Assembly: GCA_035293405.1 (NCBI GenBank)
Contig: DATDOE010000040.1
Coordinates: 95,672-159,671 of the forward strand
Direction: 5' to 3'
Origin: Vicinamibacterales bacterium
GTDB lineage: Bacteria; Acidobacteriota; Vicinamibacteria; Vicinamibacterales; UBA2999
DNA length: 64,000 nt
This document shows, in pieces, positions 7,909 through 15,458 of the stretch. Position 1 is the stretch's first letter, and each line of letters opens with the position of its first letter. The position numbers were made by a program, and so were the translations under genes. Under the pieces are notes generated by a model. The model worked only from the letters and a program-made list of their open reading frames with translations. It was not told the origin of the DNA and made no database searches.

Positions 7909-8528
7909 GCCACGACGTGCGTCGCGGCCAGGCCCGCGACTACTACGACGCCAAGCTCCGCGCACATGGCGCGACGCCGGCCGGCGCCGACTGGAATTCG
8001 GTCGAGTCGCAGGAGCTGCGCTTCGATCAGCTCGCGCACTTGTGGCGGGATGACGCCGACGCCAGCCTCATCGACTACGGCTGCGGATACGGCGCGCTGG
8101 CCGGCTACCTGCGAACGCGTGGGCACCGTGGGCCCTACCTCGGCTTCGACGTCAGCACCGCGATGGTGGACGCGGCGAGGGCACGCGTCGGGTCGCTCCC
8201 GGCCTGCCGCGTCACGACGCACCACGAGGAACTGGTCGCCGCCGACTACGCGGTGGCCAGCGGCGTGTTCAACGTGAAGCAGGAATCCACAGACGAGGAC
8301 TGGGACGCATACGTCTGGGAGACGGTGGGCGACCTTGCCGCGCTGGGCACCCGCGGGTTCGCGTTCAACGCCCTCACGTTGTACTCGGACCAGGACAAGC
8401 GGCGAGCCGACCTGTTCTACGCCGACCCGCTCCAGCTGTTCGACCGCTGCAAGCGCACCCATTCCAGGTTCGTCACGCTGCTGCACGACTACCCGCTCTA
8501 CGAGTTCACGATCATCGTGCGACGCTAA
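7905..8528 (+). CDS. class I SAM-dependent methyltransferase
   Basis: GTG start in a GTGA overlap with the upstream stop. SAM motif LIDYGCGYGALAGYL. Confidence 0.7.
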   Translation: MSHDVRRGQARDYYDAKLRAHGATPAGADWNSVESQELRFDQLAHLWRDDADASLIDYGCGYGALAGYLRTRGHRGPYLGFDVSTAMVDAARARVGSLPACRVTTHHEELVAADYAVASGVFNVKQESTDEDWDAYVWETVGDLAALGTRGFAFNALTLYSDQDKRRADLFYADPLQLFDRCKRTHSRFVTLLHDYPLYEFTIIVRR

Positions 8529-8532
8529 TCTC

Positions 8533-9192
8533 ATGGCCAGACTCGTCATCTTCGGCGCCAGCGACATCGCGCGTCTTGCGCATCACTACTTCACGCACGA
8601 CAGTCCTCACGAGGTCGCCGCGTTCGTGGTCGACCGCGCCTTCCGGCAGGGCGACGAGTTCCTCGGCCTGCCGCTGGCCGACGCCGAGGACGCCCTCACC
8701 CGATTTCCGCCGAGCCAGTACGACATGTTCGTGGCACTCAGCTACGCCAAGATGAACGGACTCCGCGCGGAGAAGTACTCGGCGATGAAGGCGGCCGGCT
8801 ATCGGCTGGTCAGCTACGTCAGCTCGCGCTGCAGCTACCTGTCGCAGCACGCCCCTGGCGACAACTGCCTGATCCTCGAGGACAACACGATCCAGCCGTT
8901 CGTCACCATCGGCAACAACGTGACGCTGTGGAGTGGCAATCACATCGGCCACGATGTGACGATCGAGGACCACTGCTTCATCTCGTCGCACGTCGTGGTG
9001 TCCGGCCACGTGCGTGTCGGGACTCGCTCCTTCATCGGCGTCAACGCGACGCTGCGAAACTCGATCACGATCGCCCCGCAAACGCTCATCGGCGCGGGAG
9101 CGGTGATCATGAAGGACACCAGGCCCAAGGGCGTGTACCTGCCAGAGCGGGCGACCCTGTTCGACAAATCAAGCGACGAGATCGACCTGTGA
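8533..9192 (+). CDS. NeuD/PglD-like sugar N-/O-acyltransferase (N-terminal Rossmann-like domain plus left-handed beta-helix)
   Basis: MARLVIFGASDIARLAHHYF, then hexapeptide repeats IGNNVTLWSGNHIGHDVTIEDHCFISSHVVVSGHVRVGTRSFIGVNATL. Confidence 0.8.
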   Translation: MARLVIFGASDIARLAHHYFTHDSPHEVAAFVVDRAFRQGDEFLGLPLADAEDALTRFPPSQYDMFVALSYAKMNGLRAEKYSAMKAAGYRLVSYVSSRCSYLSQHAPGDNCLILEDNTIQPFVTIGNNVTLWSGNHIGHDVTIEDHCFISSHVVVSGHVRVGTRSFIGVNATLRNSITIAPQTLIGAGAVIMKDTRPKGVYLPERATLFDKSSDEIDL

Positions 9193-9216
9193 GCACCGCC
9201 TTATGAACACTGCCTT

Positions 9217-10128
9217 ATGAACACTGCCTGGCGGCGGCTCGGCCGTCTTCCGCTCGAGACCATTGACGCACCCTGGGCCGCCACTCACGCCGCACTGCCG
9301 ATCGTGGAGCCGCTCGGCGACGCGCGGTTCGGGGTCTACCTCAGCCTGCGGGACGTCGAAGGGCGCGCGCGCATCGGGCGGACCACGCTGACGATGTCCA
9401 GCACACCGGCATTCGACCCGCTCGATCCCGATCCGGTACTCGATCTCGGTGCGCTCGGAGCCTTTGACGACAGCGGCGTCACCTCGTCATGCCTGGTCAT
9501 CTCCGGGAGCACGCGATTCCTCTACTACACGGGATGGGCCAGAGGTGTGACCGTCCCCTTCTACCTGGCGGCGGGACTCGCGATCAGTCGCAGCGGCCGT
9601 CCGTTCGAGCGGCTCTCGCCGGCGCCGCTGCTCGACAGGACCGCCGTCGATCCGTTTCTCACCGCCTCGCCGTTCGTCATGGTGGACGAGGGACGATGGC
9701 GGATGTGGTACGTGTCGGCGACGGAGTGGCGGCCGGGCGAGGCGGCGGCGCGGCACTACTACAACATTCGATACGCCGAGTCAGGCGACGGCATCAGCTG
9801 GCAGCGCGATGGCATCGTCTGCCTCGATTACCAGGCGCCGTCCGAGCACGCGTTCGCCCGTCCGTGGGTCATCCGAGACAGGGACGGCTACCGGATGTGG
9901 TTCGCCGCCCGCGGCGATCGCTATCGGATCGAGTTCGCCGAGTCGCAGGACGGGACCAGCTGGACCCGGCGCAGCGAGTATGGGCTGTCTCAAGGCACGG
10001 AGGAGTGGGAGTCGATCATGGTCGAATACCCGTGCGTGTTCGACTGGAACGGCCGGCGGTACATGCTCTACAACGGCAACGACTACGGACGAACCGGTGT
10101 CGGACTCGCCGTCCTCGAGCAGGCGTGA
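9217..10128 (+). CDS. conserved hypothetical, possibly a GH43/DUF377-like beta-propeller
   Basis: 303-aa ORF with good coding look. Repeated W-rich blade-like segments (RWRMWYVSA, GYRMWFAARG, RRYMLYNGND). Functional call is from memory of similar genes in O-antigen loci. Confidence 0.5.
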   Translation: MNTAWRRLGRLPLETIDAPWAATHAALPIVEPLGDARFGVYLSLRDVEGRARIGRTTLTMSSTPAFDPLDPDPVLDLGALGAFDDSGVTSSCLVISGSTRFLYYTGWARGVTVPFYLAAGLAISRSGRPFERLSPAPLLDRTAVDPFLTASPFVMVDEGRWRMWYVSATEWRPGEAAARHYYNIRYAESGDGISWQRDGIVCLDYQAPSEHAFARPWVIRDRDGYRMWFAARGDRYRIEFAESQDGTSWTRRSEYGLSQGTEEWESIMVEYPCVFDWNGRRYMLYNGNDYGRTGVGLAVLEQA

Positions 10129-10145
10129 AGAGTAAGATTCCACGG

Positions 10146-11279
10146 ATGATCCCGTTCAACCGACCCCACCTGACCGGACGCGAATTCGGCTACGTGCAGG
10201 AGGCGGTCAACGCCGGTCAGCTCGCCGGGAACGGTCAATTCACCCGGCGCTGTCAGCAGTGGCTGCAGCAGCACCTCGGCTCACCTCGCGCGCTGCTCAC
10301 ACACTCGTGCACGGCGGCGCTGGAGATGGCCGCGCTCCTGCTGAATCTCGAGCCCGGCGACGAGGTGATCATGCCCTCGTTCACGTTCGTCTCGACGGCG
10401 AACGCCTTCGTGCTGCGCGGCGCGACGCCGGTCTTCGTCGACATCAGAGCTGACACGTTGAACATCGACGAGCGTCTCGTGGAAGCGGCGATCACTCCGC
10501 GGACGAAGGCCGTCGTGGCGGTGCACTATGCCGGCGTCGCGTGCCGGATGGACGACCTCGTGGCCATCGCGCGGCGCCATGGCCTGGTCGTGATCGAGGA
10601 CGCGGCGCAGGGGCTGATCGCGTCGTACCACGGGCGTCCGCTGGGCTCGATCGGTGATCTCGCGGCCTTCAGCTTCCACGAGACCAAGAACGTCATGTGC
10701 GGCGAGGGCGGCGCGCTCGTGATCAACAACCCGAGTTACGCCGAGCGCGCGGAGATCCTCTGGGAGAAAGGCACTGACCGCTCCAAATTCTCCCGAGGCG
10801 AGGTGGACAAGTACACCTGGGTCGACCTGGGCTCGTCATTCCTGCCTGGCGAGCTGACGGCGGCGTTTCTCTGGGCACAGCTCGAGGGCGTGGACGCGAT
10901 CACCGCTCAACGCCTGTCGCTGTGGCACAGCTATGACGCGGCATCAAAGGGCCTCGCCGACCACGGGGTCGAGGGTCCGACGGTTCCAGACGACTGCGAG
11001 CACAACGGTCATCTGTTCCGGCTGCTGCTGCCTCGTCACGTCGATCGGCGTGAGCTGCTGGCGGAGCTGAATCGTCGCGGCATCAACGCGGTGTTTCACT
11101 ACGTGCCGCTGCATTCCGCGCCGGCCGGGCGACGCTTCGGACGGGTCGCGGGGTCGATGGCGGTGACCGACGACTGCAGCGCGCGCCTGGTGCGGCTGCC
11201 GCTGTGGATCGGGATGGGTGCCGACACTCCGGGTCGCGTCCTGACCGAGGTCTCGGCCGCGATCTCGGCGCGCGTGTGA
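10146..11279 (+). CDS. DegT/DnrJ/EryC1/StrS-family aminotransferase, WecE-like (NDP-4-keto-6-deoxyhexose 4-aminotransferase)
   Basis: MIPFNRPHLTGREFGYVQEAVNAGQLAGNGQFTRRCQQWL...HSCTAALEMAALLL...FSFHETKNVMCGEGGAL (PLP-lysine context). Confidence 0.9.
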   Translation: MIPFNRPHLTGREFGYVQEAVNAGQLAGNGQFTRRCQQWLQQHLGSPRALLTHSCTAALEMAALLLNLEPGDEVIMPSFTFVSTANAFVLRGATPVFVDIRADTLNIDERLVEAAITPRTKAVVAVHYAGVACRMDDLVAIARRHGLVVIEDAAQGLIASYHGRPLGSIGDLAAFSFHETKNVMCGEGGALVINNPSYAERAEILWEKGTDRSKFSRGEVDKYTWVDLGSSFLPGELTAAFLWAQLEGVDAITAQRLSLWHSYDAASKGLADHGVEGPTVPDDCEHNGHLFRLLLPRHVDRRELLAELNRRGINAVFHYVPLHSAPAGRRFGRVAGSMAVTDDCSARLVRLPLWIGMGADTPGRVLTEVSAAISARV

Positions 11280-11383
11280 GCCGGCACTGCAACATCGTCA
11301 ACTCGACCCGTGACAACGTCCGCCTTTCTTGGCCCGCCGAAGCCGCGTAGCGGCGAAGGCGGCAGCCGGACCGTGTCCCGATC

Positions 11384-11646
11384 GCCGCGGGAGACGCATA
11401 CCGACCCGCGGTCGCGGGCGCTGCGGCCGGGAAAGCGACCTCCGTCTCGTTCTCTATCGCTCCCTGCGCGTCTACTAGCTCTTTCGTGACGACATCTGTT
11501 ACGCGGCTCGAAACGTCGGCGGTATCTCGTGGCAACGAGAACGCGATGGCGGGAGACGCGCAGAGGAATCGCTCCGGCCGCTTTCCGGCTACGCCCCGAG
11601 CTCGGCCTTGCGCACGCGACCGCCGCTCGGCATGCGTCCCCGCGGC
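11384..11646. repeat. third long imperfect inverted repeat in a convergent intergenic region
   Basis: gccgcgggagacgcataccg (11384-11403) versus the reverse complement of 11628-11646, gccgcggggacgcatgccg. Inner matches include ccctgcgcgtct / agacgcgcagag. Confidence 0.45.
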
Positions 11647-11671
11647 GATGAGCACAACTTCACGAAACCGC

Positions 11672-12151
11672 CTAACGGCCGCGGTCCTTCACCGCCGCAC
11701 GCGTTTCGCGATCGACCTCGCGCTTGCGGATCGTCTCGCGCTTGTCGTGCGCCTGCTTGCCCTTGACGAGCGCGAGCGCGATCTTCACGCGTCCCTTCTT
11801 GAAATACATGCGCAGCGGGACGAGGGTGAGCCCCTTCTCGTTGATACGCCCGCTCAGCTTCAGGATCTCGTGCCGGTGCAGCAGCAGCTTCCGCTGGCGC
11901 CGCTCCGAGTGGTCAGCAGAGCCCCGGTGACTATAGGGGCTGATGTGGACGTTGTTCAACCAGACCTCGCCCTTGTCCACGCGCGCGAAGCTGTCCCGGA
12001 GATTGACCCGGCCCTCGCGAATGGCTTTGACCTCGGTGCCGAGGAGCGCGACCCCGGCCTCCCACTCGTCGAGGACGTGATAGTCGAACAGCGCCTTGCG
12101 GTTGTCCGCAATCAGCTTCTGCGCCTTCTCGCGTTCGGTCTTGGCGGTCAT
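11672..12151 (-). CDS. smpB: SsrA-binding protein SmpB
   Basis: 159 aa. IADNRKALFDYHVLDEWEAGVALLGTEVKAIREGRVNLRDSFARV...LLLHRHEI is canonical SmpB. Confidence 0.95.
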   Translation of the reverse strand: MTAKTEREKAQKLIADNRKALFDYHVLDEWEAGVALLGTEVKAIREGRVNLRDSFARVDKGEVWLNNVHISPYSHRGSADHSERRQRKLLLHRHEILKLSGRINEKGLTLVPLRMYFKKGRVKIALALVKGKQAHDKRETIRKREVDRETRAAVKDRGR

Positions 12152-12157
12152 GGCGTG

Positions 12158-13603
12158 CTACCGCGCCACCAGGCGCAGCCGGCCCCGGTCATCGTACTCG
12201 GCCACGCCTGCCGCGACCGCGCGCTCGACGGCCGCGGGCCATTCGGCCGCCACGCGCGGCCGCAGATGCTCGTCAACGCCGAGCACGGCGCGATCGAAGG
12301 CCTGCCAGTAGGCATCGACGCGCGCGTCTTTCTGCCGTGAAGTCATCGTGACGAGGGGGGGTGGAGAGGACGCCAGTCGCGCGAGGACGAGATGGTGCAG
12401 ATTGCGCCCCTTGATGAACACCGTCTCGAAGCCATTGGCCGCCAGCCCGCGTACGAGCGAGGCCTGGTCGAAGGCCTGCATGTGCAGCGGGTTCAGCGTG
12501 GCAAACATCGACTGGTTCCCGGCCAGGAACTCCGCGTCATCGGGCTCGGCGTAGAGGTAGATGTGGCCGCCCGGGTTCAGCTTGCGCCGCAGCTCGGCGA
12601 AGAAATCGCGCGGGCGGAGCGCGTGCGTGAACATGTGGTTGCAGACGATCAGATCGAAGGTGCCGTCAAAGGGAATCTGGAACTGCTCGAAGTCGATCAG
12701 CGGCGAGGTGGTGATGCCGAACAACTCGCGCAGTAGAAACTGCTGGCTTTCCCAGATCGGCATCGCGAAGACGCTGGCCCCCCAGGCCCGCCGCAGTCCA
12801 TCGAGAATCGTGCCTGCCCGCGACCGCACTTCGAGCACACGCGCGCCCCGCGGCTCGAGCAGCGAACCCAGGATGTCGGTGTGGATGCTGTTCTCGAGCC
12901 GATCGCGCAAGAGTGGCGCGAGGTACTGCTTGCCGGTCAGTCCGAGATGATCGGAGACGAACACTCCGTGCGCGGCGAGTCGCCTGAGCTCCTCTCGATC
13001 GGCGTCGGTCAGCGGATACGGATTGAGCAGCCGGTTGGTAATCACCCCGGTCCCGGCAGCGCCCCGTTTGGCCACGACCTCACCGAAGTGGGCCAGCAGA
13101 TAGTGATAGCGGCTGCCCAGCGGGCGACGGGCCGCGAACAGGACGCCACAGGAGTGACACATCGAATAGTCATAGCGAGCCGATGTCTGATCGGGAGCCG
13201 TGGCAATCAGAATCAGCTTGTTCCAGGGATTGACGAGCGTCCGCTCCTGGCCGCCGCACACGGAACAGGCGTCCAGATCCCACCATTCGCGCCCATCGGG
13301 ATCAGGGAATGGATCGCCGTCGGCGATCGCCTCCCAGGTCGCCGGCTCGAGCTCGCCTGCGTCAGTGGGAATCGCCCGCCCCGACAGCCGGCGGGCCTGC
13401 GCCTCCTCGGCGTTTGACACCCGAGCGAGGCGTCCGAGCTGATGGTTGTACTGGAGCAGACGCGCGTGCATCTCGCGACGGAGCTCGCGGACCTCTTCCT
13501 GGACGACGCGCAGCTCGCTATCGAGCGGACGCCGCCAGGCGCGGACCGCGGCCCGGACCCGTCCGAACATTCCGTTGTTTGGGGAAGCGTCGCCAGCCAT
13601 CAA
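12158..13603 (-). CDS. SAM-dependent methyltransferase with N-terminal coiled-coil and Cys4 zinc-ribbon
   Basis: 481 aa. CSVCGG...CHSCG. RVLEVRSRAGTILDGL and FDLIVCNHMFTHALRPRDFFAELRRKLNPGGHIYL. Confidence 0.7.
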   Translation of the reverse strand: MMAGDASPNNGMFGRVRAAVRAWRRPLDSELRVVQEEVRELRREMHARLLQYNHQLGRLARVSNAEEAQARRLSGRAIPTDAGELEPATWEAIADGDPFPDPDGREWWDLDACSVCGGQERTLVNPWNKLILIATAPDQTSARYDYSMCHSCGVLFAARRPLGSRYHYLLAHFGEVVAKRGAAGTGVITNRLLNPYPLTDADREELRRLAAHGVFVSDHLGLTGKQYLAPLLRDRLENSIHTDILGSLLEPRGARVLEVRSRAGTILDGLRRAWGASVFAMPIWESQQFLLRELFGITTSPLIDFEQFQIPFDGTFDLIVCNHMFTHALRPRDFFAELRRKLNPGGHIYLYAEPDDAEFLAGNQSMFATLNPLHMQAFDQASLVRGLAANGFETVFIKGRNLHHLVLARLASSPPPLVTMTSRQKDARVDAYWQAFDRAVLGVDEHLRPRVAAEWPAAVERAVAAGVAEYDDRGRLRLVAR

Positions 13604-13606
13604 TAA

Positions 13607-13686
13607 GCCACGGAGGTCACGGAGATCACGGAGCCGACTGAGAGCCGTTCGACCGCGCGGCCAACATCTTCGTGGCCTCCGTGGCC
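13607..13686. repeat. CACGGAG-family heptamer repeat, compact forward+reverse (hairpin) copy
   Basis: gccacggaggtcacggagatcacggag ... cttcgtggcctccgtggc. Overlaps the last ~20 codons of the 13626-15458 ORF. Confidence 0.75.
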
Positions 13687-15458
13687 ACAGTCGGGGGGAT
13701 CATCACCCCCGAGTGTGCCACGTCGCTGCCCGTACCGTAACAGGGCCAGCCGAGCGGCTGCCACACACGGGTCGGCGAGCGGTCGCGGCGGACGTACAGG
13801 CTGACGCCGAATCGCCCGTCGAAGAGGTGCGTGGCCGCCAGCTCATAGCGCTCGTCGATGTAGGCGGTCACGATCGGAAACGACTTGTAGAAGTTCCGGA
13901 GCGACTCGTCGGTCTCGAGGAGAATCACCGGAACCGACTGCCGCTGCAGGCGAGCCAGCGTCAGGCGTTGCGCGTCCTCGGTCTCGAAGAAGCCGGGCCG
14001 CAGATCGGCGTGACCGCCGGCAAAGGCGCGGCGCGCCAGCGCCAGCACCTGCGGCATGTATGGCTGCACCAGGATGCGATCGGTCGGCACCGTGCACGCG
14101 TTGACGTACATCGCCAGCGTGATCAGATCCGGCCGGTCCTTGCGAGACGCCCAGGACTGCAAATCCCAATCGAGCCGCAGCTGTTCCGACACGCTGCCCA
14201 CGCGCTCGAAGGCTTGACCGAACCGCTCGGTCATCGCCGCCTTCTCGAGCCGGCTGTAGAAATCGCCACTCACGACCAGCATCAACAGCAGCGCGATCGC
14301 CGCTCCCACGGCCGCGGCCACGCCGCGTACTGCCCATCGACCCGGACGCAGCACCGGCTGCAGCGACGCGTCGCCTCTCCACATCCGCGGCAGCGCCACG
14401 GCCAGCCACGCGACGAGAATCACCAACGGCACCGACGGATCGGCGAGACGCGCCTCGAGCGGGCTGCGCAGAAACCCCACATCGAGCGCAGCGGTGAGCA
14501 CCGCAACCATCGCGAGCTTGGCCCGGGCATGCGGCCACTCTGGTCGGAACCCGTCACGCGAGACCGCCAGCACGAACAGGGCGAAGAACGGGAGCAGGAT
14601 CTCGAGGTAGTACATCCATGCCGTGGTGTTGTCGCGCAGCACGCCGACGAGCGATCCCGCCTTCGCGGCATCGGATACGCCATCGGGGTTCTCGAAGAGG
14701 CCTGGCCACACCACCGGCGCGCGGTCGCGATCGCGCTCCGCCCACGCCGACGCCTGGCGGAAGTAGGACACCAGACCGCCGTTGTACTCGATGAACGCGA
14801 GGTAGGGCGCCACCAGCAGCGCGACGAGCAGACCGTAGATCAGCACATGCCGAAGCCGCTCCCTCCAACGAAGCCTCGTCTGCGACAGCATCAGTACGGT
14901 CGTCGCGAGGCCGATGAACGCCCCGTGGTCGTGACGGAACAGGAAGCCGATGACGGTCACCACCGCAATCCAGGCACGGAGCCTGGCGCTCGGGCGATCG
15001 GCGAACCACCAGAGCAACGGGATTGCGGCGGCGTACACCAGGATCTTCGGATAGTTGTAGAAGCGTGGTCCCAGCCAGATGTGGAGGAAACATCCGGCGA
15101 GGCCGGCCCAGATCGATCCCGACGCCTTGGTAGCGAGCCAGAACGTCATCGCCGCGCCAATCGACAGGACCGTCGTACAGAAGACCAGCTCGGACACCGT
15201 GCCTCGTCCGAGCACCGCCTGCACCGCCGCGCCGACGTAGTAGAAGAGCGGCGCGCCGTGATCCACGAAGTCCTTGACCGGCAGATCGCCGAACAGAATC
15301 TGCCAGCCGCGGACGAGATAGAAGAAGTGATCGTCGGTCAGGCCCGCAAACGATCCACCAGGGTCGTTGAAGCGGAACAGCCAGGAGAAGACGACGATGC
15401 CCACCGCGAGGATCCACATTAGCGCGGTGCGCGCTCGCGGGGACATCCGGCCGCTCAC
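13626..15458 (-). CDS. large polytopic membrane protein, GT-C-like (ArnT/PMT-like) glycosyltransferase candidate
   Basis: 610 aa with more than 10 predicted TM helices, then a soluble C-terminal ~200 aa. Acidic DDH motif in the first loop (GLTDDHFFYLVRGW). ATGA overlap with the upstream gene. Fold assignment is inference. Confidence 0.65.
   Translation of the reverse strand: MSGRMSPRARTALMWILAVGIVVFSWLFRFNDPGGSFAGLTDDHFFYLVRGWQILFGDLPVKDFVDHGAPLFYYVGAAVQAVLGRGTVSELVFCTTVLSIGAAMTFWLATKASGSIWAGLAGCFLHIWLGPRFYNYPKILVYAAAIPLLWWFADRPSARLRAWIAVVTVIGFLFRHDHGAFIGLATTVLMLSQTRLRWRERLRHVLIYGLLVALLVAPYLAFIEYNGGLVSYFRQASAWAERDRDRAPVVWPGLFENPDGVSDAAKAGSLVGVLRDNTTAWMYYLEILLPFFALFVLAVSRDGFRPEWPHARAKLAMVAVLTAALDVGFLRSPLEARLADPSVPLVILVAWLAVALPRMWRGDASLQPVLRPGRWAVRGVAAAVGAAIALLLMLVVSGDFYSRLEKAAMTERFGQAFERVGSVSEQLRLDWDLQSWASRKDRPDLITLAMYVNACTVPTDRILVQPYMPQVLALARRAFAGGHADLRPGFFETEDAQRLTLARLQRQSVPVILLETDESLRNFYKSFPIVTAYIDERYELAATHLFDGRFGVSLYVRRDRSPTRVWQPLGWPCYGTGSDVAHSGVMIPPTVATEATKMLAARSNGSQSAP

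Noticed and set aside
11280-11671. tmRNA (ssrA) or another known ncRNA next to smpB
   Set aside because: I found no tRNA-like acceptor/T-arm (no GGTTCGAATCC...CCA-type end on either strand). I also found no short tag ORF ending in ALAA-stop. Only an imperfect long palindrome is visible. An Rfam scan would be needed to be sure.
13446-15422. 658-aa plus-strand ORF. Similar long antisense ORFs occur at 1386-3077, 17652-18704, 18541-19788, 32193-34355, 38766-40124, 42312-43616 and 55572-56261.
   Set aside because: They lie exactly antisense to well-supported genes. They are extremely Arg/His/Pro/Gly-rich with no motifs. They are classic shadow ORFs of high-GC DNA, where stop codons are rare.
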